Assembly: GCA_964371715.1 (NCBI GenBank)
Contig: CAYJNO010000004.1
Coordinates: 27,061 to 91,060 of the forward strand
Length of the DNA stretch: 64,000 nt
Direction: 5' to 3'
Source of the DNA: an uncultured Erysipelotrichaceae bacterium
GTDB lineage: Bacteria > Bacillota_I > Bacilli_A > Erysipelotrichales > Erysipelotrichaceae
The notes below the pieces were generated by a model, which was given only the letters and a program-made list of their open reading frames with translations, was not told the DNA's origin and ran no database searches. Positions 1 through 8,944 of the stretch are shown here, in pieces. Position numbers and translations under genes: made by a program. Within the stretch, counting starts at the first letter, position 1; every line of letters begins with the position of its first letter.

Positions 1-984
1 ATTGATGCTATACCAGATGGTATTATAGATATACTTGTTGATATAGCAATTGGATCTCCTGCAAGTTGTGCATTAAGATTATTTAATTATGATTTAGATA
101 TTGCAAAAGAGTTATCAAAAAAGATATTTGTTAGTATGTTTAATAAAGCAGAAAGTTCAGCCATAATAGATTTATTATATGGTAAAAAAGAAGATCATTT
201 TTATTATGAAAATGTCATTAAATATTGTGTAGATGGAAATCTACAAGCAACACTTGATGAATATGCTCATATATTAAATGAAGATGGTGAAAAGCTTGCT
301 AAAGCAATGATAGATAGTTTTTCAGATACTGCATCCTTACAAATTGAAACTAAAGAATCTTTTATGAATAATGAAGAAAAAGCACGTATGAGAACTCATT
401 TTGCTGTAGGATATTTTAATACTAAAATAAGTGATGAAAATGTACAAAGAACAGAAATGATAAGAAAATCATTTAATTCACCATTTAGACCATTTGTTTT
501 ATCAACTACTTCAATTGGTCAAGAAGGTTTAGACTTTCATAATTATTCTAGAAAAATAGTACATTGGAATTTACCATCTAATCCAATTGATTTGGAACAA
601 AGAGAAGGTAGAATAAATAGATTTAAATCACTTGCAGTTAGAAGAAACATCGCAAGAAAATATGGATATGAAAATACATGGGAAGAAATGTTTGAAAAAG
701 CAATGATACATGAAAAAGGAAACAAATCAGATCTTGTACCATATTGGTATTTACCTAATTTAGATAAGGAAGCAGAAAAGATTGAAAGAATAGTTCCTAT
801 GTATCCATTAAGTGGAGACATAGGTAAATACAATAGATTAATAGAAGTATTATCATTATATAGATTAACACTTGGACAACCAAGACAAGAAGAATTATTA
901 GATATCTTAAAAAATGAAATTGATGATTTTGTAGATGACGAATTATTTATTAATTTAAGTCCTTTTAGTAAAACACAATTATAA
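1..984 (+). CDS. SF2 helicase, C-terminal part (5' end lies upstream of the window)
   Basis: Frame 1 is open from nt 1 to the stop at 982-984, so the track Met at 136 is internal. Helicase C-terminal motifs are present: STTSIGQEGLDFH (motif V-like) and QREGRINR (motif VI). The tail LSLYRLTLGQPRQEELL follows. Confidence 0.8.
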   Translation: MDAIPDGIIDILVDIAIGSPASCALRLFNYDLDIAKELSKKIFVSMFNKAESSAIIDLLYGKKEDHFYYENVIKYCVDGNLQATLDEYAHILNEDGEKLAKAMIDSFSDTASLQIETKESFMNNEEKARMRTHFAVGYFNTKISDENVQRTEMIRKSFNSPFRPFVLSTTSIGQEGLDFHNYSRKIVHWNLPSNPIDLEQREGRINRFKSLAVRRNIARKYGYENTWEEMFEKAMIHEKGNKSDLVPYWYLPNLDKEAEKIERIVPMYPLSGDIGKYNRLIEVLSLYRLTLGQPRQEELLDILKNEIDDFVDDELFINLSPFSKTQL

Positions 985-993
985 GGAGAATTT

Positions 994-1893
994 ATGGTGA
1001 AAAGAGGAAAAAGTGTAAATTTATTTTTACTTAATGGTACTCCAACAGGAGTTATTAAATGTACAATGTCAAATTGGATTGGTACTGCATTAAAAATACC
1101 AAGAAGTGAAATAGAAAATGTAAAAACAAGAGAAGAACTTAAAAATAGTAGTGTATATTTTTTGTTTGGTGAATCTGAAGATGAAAGTAAACCATCGGTA
1201 TATATTGGACAAGCATCAGCAAGAAAAAATAAAGATGGTGTAATAACAAGATTATTTGAACATAATAAAGATGAAAGTAAAGATTATTGGAGTAATGATG
1301 CAGTTGTTTTTACAACTACACAAAATATTTTTGGATCAACTGAAATAACATATTTAGAGAATAGATTTTATAATTTAGCAAAAGATGCTGGTAGATATTC
1401 AGTAAAAAATAAAAATGAACCATCAAGGGGTAATGTTACTGAAGAAAAAGAATCTGAATTAGAAGAATTTATAGAATATGCAACTATAATGCTAGGTACA
1501 CTTGGTTATCCTGTGTTTATACCTGTTATTGATAGAAGTAATGATAGTACTATTGAAAACAAAGAGAATACCGTTAATTTTTATTTGAATAGAAAAATTA
1601 CTAGAAGTGGTATAACAGTAAATGGAATAATGCGTATTACTAGTGAAGGATATGTAGTATTAAAAGGTTCATTAATTAATCCAACAGATTCAATTTCAAT
1701 ACCAGAAAAAATAAAATTAATGAGAAAAACAGTGAATATAGATAGTAATAATATATTACAAGAAGATGTATTATTCAAAAGTCCATCTTATGCAGGTGCA
1801 TTTGTTATAGGTGGACATATTAATGGGCAAAAAGAATGGAAGCTAGATAATAAAGTTACACTAAGTGAGTATGAGAGTAAGACAGCTAATTGA
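994..1893 (+). CDS. GIY-YIG nuclease family protein with DUF4357-like C-terminal domain
   Basis: The start lies 9 nt after the helicase stop. GIY-YIG core residues: SVYFLFG ... VYIGQA ... RLFEH ... YLENRFYN. The C-terminus FKSPSYAGAFVIGGHINGQKEWK resembles the DUF4357 signature. Confidence 0.7.
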   Translation: MVKRGKSVNLFLLNGTPTGVIKCTMSNWIGTALKIPRSEIENVKTREELKNSSVYFLFGESEDESKPSVYIGQASARKNKDGVITRLFEHNKDESKDYWSNDAVVFTTTQNIFGSTEITYLENRFYNLAKDAGRYSVKNKNEPSRGNVTEEKESELEEFIEYATIMLGTLGYPVFIPVIDRSNDSTIENKENTVNFYLNRKITRSGITVNGIMRITSEGYVVLKGSLINPTDSISIPEKIKLMRKTVNIDSNNILQEDVLFKSPSYAGAFVIGGHINGQKEWKLDNKVTLSEYESKTAN

Positions 1894-2273
1894 TTTATAC
1901 GATGCCTTTATTATTGTAGTTAATGATAAAAATTGGATTATTAGCAATTATTTGAATATATCATTACATTTAAGTGATTTACTATAAATAATAAACATAA
2001 AAATTTTTTTAATTTCATACATAAAAATGTTAAGAATCAATAAAGATTATTATTGTTAAATAGCATATGATATAATATTTTCATGATATTAGATTTAATT
2101 AAAGATAATACATTTATAATTTTATGTTTGTTATAAAGTCAATTTTACAGAAATAAAAAATTTAAAATTAATTGTATTGCAACTTTGTCTAAGAGTTAGA
2201 TGTTGAAACTTAATAATTAAATTAAAAGATATTTTTTGATTAATTAAGAAAAATGTTATAGGAGGAATAAATA

Positions 2274-3776
2274 ATGTCAGAAATCAATTCATCAAGTATA
2301 GGGTTTGAAAAACAACTTTGGGAAGCAGCCGATTCCTTGCGTGGAAACTTAGATGCTTCAGAATATAAATCAGTTATACTTGGACTAATATTTTTAAAAT
2401 ACATATCAGACAGATTTGAAGCAAAATATAACGAACTTGTAGCTGAGGGCGATGGTTTCGAGGAAGATATGGATGAATATACATCAGAGGGTATATTCTT
2501 TGTTCCCAACACATCTCGTTGGTCGGTAATTGCGAGTTCCGCTCATACAGCTGAAATTGGTACAGTTATCGATGAAGCTATGAGAGCTATTGAAAAAGAA
2601 AATAAAAGACTTAAAGATATTTTGCCGAAAAACTTTGCAAGACCCGAACTTGATAAAAGACGATTAGGTGAAGTTGTAGACCTTTTTACAAATATTAAAA
2701 TGATAGAGCATGGTAACAGTAAAGATATTTTAGGTCGTGCTTATGAATACTGTCTATCTAACTTTGCATCACAAGAAGGTAAAAATGCAGGTGAATTCTA
2801 TACACCTGCCTGTGTGGTTAAGACGTTAGTTGAAGTGCTACAACCATACAACGGTAGAGTTTATGACCCTGCTTGTGGTAGTGGTGGTATGTTTGTTCAA
2901 TCAGCAAAATTTATTGAAAATCATGGTGGAAACATCGGAAATATTTCTGTTTATGGACAAGATAGCAACCCTACAACTTGGAAAATGGCACAAATGAATC
3001 TTGCTATTCGAGGAATTGAAGCAGATCTGGGGAAAAATCATGCGGATACTTTCTTCAATGACTTACACCCACAATTAAAAGCTGATTATATTTTAGCTAA
3101 TCCACCTTTTAATATTTCTAACTGGGGAGCTGATAAGCTTACCGATGATGTACGTTGGCAATATGGTACACCACCAAACGGAAACGCAAACTTTGCTTGG
3201 CTACAACACATGATACACCACTTAGCACCAAACGGAAAAATTGGTATGGTACTTGCGAATGGCTCGCTTTCATCACAAACTGGTGGAGAGGGAGAAATTC
3301 GTAAAAACATCATAAATGCTGACCTTGTAGAATGTATTATCGCAATGCCTACACAGCTATTTTACTCAACACAGATACCAGTATCCCTTTGGTTTTTAGC
3401 GAAAAACAAGCGACAAACTGGCAAAACTTTATTTATAGATGCACGAAAAATGGGTACTATGGTTACTCGTAAACTTCGTGAAATGACCGATGATGATATT
3501 GCCAAAATTGCTGATACATACAATGCTTTTGTAGACGGAAGTTTAGAAGATGTAAAAGGGTTTTGTGCTGTTACGAAAACATCTGAAATTGAAAAGCAGG
3601 ATTTTATATTAACTCCTGGTCGATATGTTGGGATTGAGGAACAAGAAGATGATGGAGAACCATTCGATGATAAAATGAAAAGGTTGACAAGTGAATTGTC
3701 GGAGCTTTTTGCAAAGTCCCACGATTTAGAAAACGAGATTAAGAAGAACTTGAGGACGCTCGGATATGAAATCTAA
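2274..3776 (+). CDS. hsdM: Type I restriction-modification N6-adenine DNA methyltransferase subunit M
   Basis: RBS AGGAGG lies 8 nt upstream of the ATG. HsdM N-terminal signature LWEAADSLRGNLDASEYKSVILGLIFLKYISD is present. SAM motif I is VYDPACGSGGMF and catalytic motif IV is ILANPPFN. The gene overlaps hsdS by 11 nt. Confidence 0.95.
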   Translation: MSEINSSSIGFEKQLWEAADSLRGNLDASEYKSVILGLIFLKYISDRFEAKYNELVAEGDGFEEDMDEYTSEGIFFVPNTSRWSVIASSAHTAEIGTVIDEAMRAIEKENKRLKDILPKNFARPELDKRRLGEVVDLFTNIKMIEHGNSKDILGRAYEYCLSNFASQEGKNAGEFYTPACVVKTLVEVLQPYNGRVYDPACGSGGMFVQSAKFIENHGGNIGNISVYGQDSNPTTWKMAQMNLAIRGIEADLGKNHADTFFNDLHPQLKADYILANPPFNISNWGADKLTDDVRWQYGTPPNGNANFAWLQHMIHHLAPNGKIGMVLANGSLSSQTGGEGEIRKNIINADLVECIIAMPTQLFYSTQIPVSLWFLAKNKRQTGKTLFIDARKMGTMVTRKLREMTDDDIAKIADTYNAFVDGSLEDVKGFCAVTKTSEIEKQDFILTPGRYVGIEEQEDDGEPFDDKMKRLTSELSELFAKSHDLENEIKKNLRTLGYEI

Positions 3777-4950
3777 TTGGAAACAGGTTAAATTAGGGGA
3801 AGTTTGTGATGTTAAAGGTGGAAAAAGACTGCCGAAAGGTGAAGTGTTAACATCAAAAACTTCAGCACACCCCTATATTAAAATTAAAGATATAAAGACT
3901 ACTAAGCATTTAGAATTAGACCGTTCATTTGAGTATATAACAGAAGATATCCATACTAAGATAAGCAAATACATTGTTAATGTTAATGATATCATTATTT
4001 CTATTGTTGGTAGCATAGGTTTAGTGGCAAAAATCGGAGAAAGTTTAAATGAGGCAAATTTAACTGAAAACTGTGTAAAACTCATTAACAGAAAAAACAT
4101 AGATGAAAATTTTTTATATTATTTTCTTTCATCAAATATAGGGCAGGAAGAAATAAAAAAAGGAACTGTTGGAGCTGTTCAAGCAAAATTACCAATAAAG
4201 AATATCCAAGAAATAAAATTATTTCTCCCACCTATAGAAACCCAAAAGCAGATAGCAAAAATACTATCATCAATCGACGATAAAATCGAACTTAATAATA
4301 AGATAAACGATAATTTAGAAAAGCAAGCACAGGCAATTTTTAAATCGTGGTTTGTTGACTTTGAGCCTTTTGGTGGTGTTATTCCTGCTGATTGGAATGT
4401 CGGCACTGTTGGCGATGTCATTGAACTGCATGATGCAAAACGAGTGCCTTTGTCGGGTGCTGTTCGAGATAAAATGACAAATAAGTTATATCCCTATTAT
4501 GGTGCAGCTTCACTCATGGACTATGTTGATAACTATATCTTCGATGGCACTTATTTGTTGTTGGGTGAAGATGGAACAGTAGTGGATAGTCAAGGCTATC
4601 CTATTCTCCAATATGTTTGGGGCAAGTTTTGGGTAAATAACCACGCACACATTCTCACTGGTAAAAATGGTTTTACTGTTGAGAGTTTATATTTGCTATT
4701 TAAGCAAACACCCGTCAAATCAGTTGTGACAGGTGCAGTTCAGCCTAAAATTAGTCAAGGAAACCTAAAGTCCATAGAAGCCTTGATACCTGAATTAAGT
4801 GTGATGAATAAGTTTAATGACTTGATAAAGCCATTCTTCTTGAAGATTAAATCTAACAAAGAAGAAATTGGCAGATTATCTCAGCTTCGTGACACACTAC
4901 TACCAAAACTTATGAGTGGCGAAATAGATGTATCAAAAGTAGAGGTTTAA
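3766..4950 (+). CDS. hsdS: Type I restriction-modification specificity subunit S (two target-recognition domains)
   Basis: 394 aa. Two TRD-plus-conserved-spacer units are visible: LFLPPIETQKQIAKILSSIDDKIELNNKINDNLEKQAQAIF and IPELSVMNKFNDLIKPFFLKIKSNKEEIGRLSQLRDTLLPKLMSGEI. The start overlaps the hsdM stop. Confidence 0.9.
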   Translation: MKSNWKQVKLGEVCDVKGGKRLPKGEVLTSKTSAHPYIKIKDIKTTKHLELDRSFEYITEDIHTKISKYIVNVNDIIISIVGSIGLVAKIGESLNEANLTENCVKLINRKNIDENFLYYFLSSNIGQEEIKKGTVGAVQAKLPIKNIQEIKLFLPPIETQKQIAKILSSIDDKIELNNKINDNLEKQAQAIFKSWFVDFEPFGGVIPADWNVGTVGDVIELHDAKRVPLSGAVRDKMTNKLYPYYGAASLMDYVDNYIFDGTYLLLGEDGTVVDSQGYPILQYVWGKFWVNNHAHILTGKNGFTVESLYLLFKQTPVKSVVTGAVQPKISQGNLKSIEALIPELSVMNKFNDLIKPFFLKIKSNKEEIGRLSQLRDTLLPKLMSGEIDVSKVEV

Positions 4951-4980
4951 GCCACTAAATTATCGTTTATAGGAGGAATT

Positions 4981-5487
4981 ATGTTTTTAGATATTATTCG
5001 GGATATAGAAAATGCCTTAGAAAATGAAGTATATTTATCTGCACTGGCTTTATCTTTAACATTACCCGATATATGTGGGAAAGTAGAGTTTCCTACTATA
5101 AAGTCTACCAAACAACGATATATAAAGTGGTATGATAAGCACATTACAGCTAACAACTACCCCAATGACCACGACGAAGCATTAAAATTTAATGGCGAAA
5201 GATGTTACAAACTTAGATGTTCTTATTTACACGCAGGCGAAGTAGAACAATTTGATGGAATTGAAAATTTTGAGTTGATAATTTCAAATAAAACTCACCC
5301 TAGCGTTTATGGTGGTGGTTGTAGCACAATATTCATTGACCAAAACGGGACTAAAACTTACACAATACAACAAGATGTTGCACAACTATGTTTTTGGATT
5401 CACAGATGTGCAGAAGGTTTTTATAAAAAACATGAAAACAAAGATGCTTTTGAAAAAATAAATCCAATAATAAAAGTTAAATATTAA
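4981..5487 (+). CDS. Hypothetical protein, HEPN-like (Rx4H motif), embedded between hsdS and hsdR
   Basis: RBS GGAGG lies 5 nt upstream of the ATG. The 168-aa ORF fills the hsdS-hsdR gap. It has an N-terminal helix ALENEVYLSALALSLTLPDICG and the motif KLRCSYLH (R79-x4-H84, nt 5215-5232), typical of HEPN RNase folds. The family assignment was not verified. Confidence 0.5.
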   Translation: MFLDIIRDIENALENEVYLSALALSLTLPDICGKVEFPTIKSTKQRYIKWYDKHITANNYPNDHDEALKFNGERCYKLRCSYLHAGEVEQFDGIENFELIISNKTHPSVYGGGCSTIFIDQNGTKTYTIQQDVAQLCFWIHRCAEGFYKKHENKDAFEKINPIIKVKY

Positions 5488-5507
5488 ATTTGAAAGGAGC
5501 TGATGCA

Positions 5508-8500
5508 ATGGCATACACTGAAGCTAACTATGAAAATGCAATAATAGATTTATTCCAAAATCAATTTGGATACAACCATATATATGCACCAGAATTACCT
5601 CGTGATTACAGCAGTCCTTTGTATGAAGATATGCTTGTTTCTTGCCTTGCTCGAATAAACAAGAAACTACCACAAGATGCTATCAACGAAGCTATTTATA
5701 AGCTGAAAAACTTTGAGAGTGGTACACTAACTCAAAAGAATATTGTGTTTATGGACTACTTGCAAAATGGTGTCTCAGTTAGGTATTTTGAAAAAGGCGA
5801 AGAAAGAAATGCTATTGTTTATCTTATAGATTATCAAAATATAAACAATAACGATTTTACAGTAGCTAATCAATGGACATGTATTGAAAATTCAGAAAAA
5901 AGACCTGATGTACTACTTTTTGTAAATGGTTTGCCACTTGTAATGATAGAGCTTAAATCTCCATCAAGAGAAGAAACTGATGTGTCAGAAGCATATAGAC
6001 AACTAAGAAATTATATGTACGAGATACCATCTATGTTTTATTATAACGCAGTCTTGGTTATGAGCGACTTAACGACCTCTAAAGCAGGAACAATTACCAG
6101 TGGCGAAGATAGATTTATGGAATGGAAAACAACAGATGGAAACTATGAAAACACCCAGTATGCACAATTTGACACTTTCTTTGAAGGTATTTTTGAAAAG
6201 AATAGGTTTATAGATATTCTGAAAAACTTTATCTGTTTTAATGCTGATGGCGAGAAAACTTTTAAGATACTCGCAGGATATCATCAATATTTTGCAGTTA
6301 AAAAAGCTGTGGAAAAAGCAATGCAAGCTACTGAAACCGATGGTAAAGGTGGTGTGTTTTGGCATACGCAAGGTAGTGGTAAATCACTGTCAATGGTTTT
6401 CTATGCTCACTTGCTACAAGAGAAACTAAATTCTCCTACAATCGTAGTTATTACGGATAGAAATGATTTAGATGACCAACTGTATGGGCAGTTTTCAAGG
6501 TGTAGAGACTTTCTAAGACAAACACCAGTTCAAGCTGATAGTAGACCACATTTAAAAGAACTTTTAGCAGGTAGACAAGCTAACGGAATTATTTTCACAA
6601 CTATGCAAAAGTTTGAAGAAAATGATGTGCCTTTATCTGATAGAAGAAATATTATTGTTATGGCTGATGAAGCACATAGAGGACAATATGGACTTTCTGA
6701 AAAGGTAGAAATCAAAGAATATAAAGATGGCGAACTTACAGTAAAAACTAAAATTGGTGCTGCTAGAATTATTCGTGATAGCTTACCAAATGCTACATAC
6801 ATTGGCTTCACTGGCACTCCTATTTCATCAAAAGACCGTAGCACTCGTGAAGTGTTCGGCGATTACATAGATGTTTATGATATGACACAAGCCGTTGAAG
6901 ATGGAGCGACAAAGCCAGTTTATTATGAAAGCAGGGTTATTCATCTTAAACTAGATATTGATACTCTTGCTATGATAGATAATGAGTATGAAATTATGGC
7001 TGAAAATGCTGACGAATATGTTATTGATAAAAGCAAAAAAGAACTAGGAAAACTTGAAGTAATTTTGGGTGCTGATGAAACAATAGACTCGCTTGTCGGA
7101 GATATTTTAGACCACTATGAAAAGAATAGACAAAACTTACTTACTGGTAAAGCAATGATAGTTGCGTACTCTCGATCTATTGCAATGAAGATTTATAAAA
7201 AGATACTAGAACTTCGCCCTACTTGGGGAGAAACTGTTGGTGTTGTAATGACGCAGGGCAATAATGACCCCGAAGAATGGCGAGAGGTTATTGGAAATAA
7301 GGCGCATAAAGATGAACTGGCAAGAAAGTTTAAGGACAATAATTCTCATATGAAAATCGCTATTGTCGTTGATATGTGGCTTACTGGTTTTGATGTTCCA
7401 TCACTTGCTACAATGTATGTTTACAAGCCGATGATAGGACACAATTTAATGCAAGCAATCGCTCGTGTAAATCGTGTGTTTAAGGAAAAAGAAGGTGGTT
7501 TAGTTGTTGACTATGTAGGTATAGCTTCTGCACTTCGTAGTGCGATGAATGAATACACTAAACGAGATAAAGCAAACTTTGGCGATACAGATATTTCTAA
7601 AATGGCATTCCCTAAATTCAAAGAGAAGTTATCTGTTTGTCGTGACTTCTTGCATGGGTTTAATTATCAAAACTTTATGACGGGAACTGACCTTGAAAAA
7701 GCAAAAACTATCAGTGGTGGTGTAAACTTCTTACTTGGAAAATCTGTACTTGAAACAGATTTAGAAGAAAAAGAAAAATCACAAAATAAATATATCAAAG
7801 AAGCCTTGCTACTTAAACAAGCATTATCCCTTTGTAGTTCTTTAGTTGATGAACACACAAGGTTTGAAGCAGCTTATTTTGAAGCTGTTAGAACAATGCT
7901 TATCAGACTTACTATTGGTGGAGGTGGAAAGAAATTCACACTACCCGAAGTTAATGAGCGAATAAATGAGCTATTGAAACATTCAATTCAAAACGAGGGT
8001 GTAATAAATTTATTCTCTGATGTGCAAAATGAATTTTCGCTATTTGACCCTAAGTTCTTAGAAGAAATTGCAAATATGAAAGAGAAGAATTTAGCAGTAG
8101 AGCTTTTGAAAAAACTTATAGCCGAGCAAGTGTCAATTTACAGAAGAACTAATGTAGTTAAAAGCGAAAAATTTTCTGATATGATACAAATGGCAATGAA
8201 TAAATATTTGAATGGTATGCTAACAAATGAAGAAGTTATACAGGAGCTTTTAAAACTAGCTAAAGATTTAGCAGAAGCAAATGCTGAGGGTGATAAACTA
8301 GGACTTACACCAGATGAACTTGCTTTCTATGATGCACTCACAAAGCCACAAGCAATAAAGGATTTTTATGAGAATGATGAACTTGTTTCTCTTACAAAAG
8401 AGCTAACAGAACTGCTTAGAAAAAATCGTTCTATTGATTGGCAAAAGAAAGAAACAGCAAGAGCTAGCATGAGAAAACTTGTTAAAAGACTTTTAAAAAA

Positions 8501-8600
8501 ACATAGATATCCACCAGAAGGAATGGATGATGCAGTTCTAAGTGTTATCAGTCAGTGCGAGCTTTGGACGGATAACATTATGACAATTAAAAAAAATTAA
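5508..8600 (+). CDS. hsdR: Type I restriction endonuclease subunit R
   Basis: The preferred start is ATG 5508 (MAYTEANYENA), 8 nt after AAAGGAG; the track start 5490 is a TTG. N-terminal nuclease motif: RPDVLLFVNGLPLVMIELKS (D..E.K). Helicase motifs: HTQGSGKSLSM (Walker A), MADEAHRGQ (DEAH) and QAIARVNR (motif VI). The C-terminal LTPDELAFYDAL is typical of HsdR tails. Confidence 0.95.
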   Translation: MAYTEANYENAIIDLFQNQFGYNHIYAPELPRDYSSPLYEDMLVSCLARINKKLPQDAINEAIYKLKNFESGTLTQKNIVFMDYLQNGVSVRYFEKGEERNAIVYLIDYQNINNNDFTVANQWTCIENSEKRPDVLLFVNGLPLVMIELKSPSREETDVSEAYRQLRNYMYEIPSMFYYNAVLVMSDLTTSKAGTITSGEDRFMEWKTTDGNYENTQYAQFDTFFEGIFEKNRFIDILKNFICFNADGEKTFKILAGYHQYFAVKKAVEKAMQATETDGKGGVFWHTQGSGKSLSMVFYAHLLQEKLNSPTIVVITDRNDLDDQLYGQFSRCRDFLRQTPVQADSRPHLKELLAGRQANGIIFTTMQKFEENDVPLSDRRNIIVMADEAHRGQYGLSEKVEIKEYKDGELTVKTKIGAARIIRDSLPNATYIGFTGTPISSKDRSTREVFGDYIDVYDMTQAVEDGATKPVYYESRVIHLKLDIDTLAMIDNEYEIMAENADEYVIDKSKKELGKLEVILGADETIDSLVGDILDHYEKNRQNLLTGKAMIVAYSRSIAMKIYKKILELRPTWGETVGVVMTQGNNDPEEWREVIGNKAHKDELARKFKDNNSHMKIAIVVDMWLTGFDVPSLATMYVYKPMIGHNLMQAIARVNRVFKEKEGGLVVDYVGIASALRSAMNEYTKRDKANFGDTDISKMAFPKFKEKLSVCRDFLHGFNYQNFMTGTDLEKAKTISGGVNFLLGKSVLETDLEEKEKSQNKYIKEALLLKQALSLCSSLVDEHTRFEAAYFEAVRTMLIRLTIGGGGKKFTLPEVNERINELLKHSIQNEGVINLFSDVQNEFSLFDPKFLEEIANMKEKNLAVELLKKLIAEQVSIYRRTNVVKSEKFSDMIQMAMNKYLNGMLTNEEVIQELLKLAKDLAEANAEGDKLGLTPDELAFYDALTKPQAIKDFYENDELVSLTKELTELLRKNRSIDWQKKETARASMRKLVKRLLKKHRYPPEGMDDAVLSVISQCELWTDNIMTIKKN

Positions 8601-8858
8601 ATCTTGTCAATAATTACTAATTTATTACAGGCCACACACTAAAAAAATGAAAAGTGATATTAATAAAGAGGAATACCTTTACTTTATATATCATTTTTTT
8701 GTTACAAAAAAACAACTTTATAGAAATATACTTAAAATCCTTACCACGATACATGTAACAATTAGAATAGTATTTGGGTAATAGTTTTGACATATTTTAA
8801 ATTATATTTTTGTTTTTTAAAAAGGAATAAACAAACATAATTATATATTTCGATTTAA

Positions 8859-8888
8859 ATTGTATCTTTATATACAATGTGGTAAAAT
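8859..8888 (+). promoter_or_regulatory. Candidate sigma-A promoter with an inverted repeat over the -35, upstream of the NTPase/deaminase operon
   Basis: TTGTAT (8860-8865), 17 nt, then TAAAAT (8883-8888) preceded by TG at 8880-8881 (extended -10). The inverted repeat ATTGTAT-N6-ATACAAT (8859-8878) overlaps the -35. The site is 57 nt upstream of ATG 8945. Confidence 0.4.
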
Positions 8889-8944
8889 TTGATGGCATAT
8901 GTTGTGAAAGTTTTATTAAATGTTAAATACTGAGGGAGGATAAT

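Noticed and set aside
543-833. Antisense or out-of-frame ORFs of 60-140 aa nested inside strongly supported genes. Examples: 543-833, 1581-1778, 2240-2512, 3086-3313, 3873-4100, 4179-4421, 6069-6371, 6241-6429, 6530-6844, 7667-7858, 12938-13180, 14474-14683, 17596-17784, 19492-19689, 20359-20607, 22846-23136, 24754-25008, 34387-34623, 44621-44860, 45241-45465, 45540-45755, 49192-49551, 49599-50521 and 52956-53177.
   Set aside because: Each lies fully within a longer ORF that has clear family motifs. They lack an RBS, have low-complexity or hydrophobic composition typical of shadow frames in AT-rich DNA, and show no recognisable motifs.
3766-4950. Phase-variable hsdS shufflon or simple-sequence-repeat switching in the type I system.
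   Set aside because: There is no inverted or silent hsdS copy, no recombinase gene nearby, and no long homopolymer or short tandem repeat in hsdM, hsdS or hsdR. The second S-like gene at 15523 is in direct orientation and shows no obvious shared repeat.
5490-5507. Track start codons at 5490, 11463, 13918, 18347, 42340, 42815 and 51608.
   Set aside because: These are TTG or upstream ATG extensions lacking an RBS, or they lie inside the upstream gene or a terminator. Downstream ATGs with properly spaced purine-rich RBSs were preferred: 5508, 11475, 13951, 18359, 42367, 42839 and 51638.
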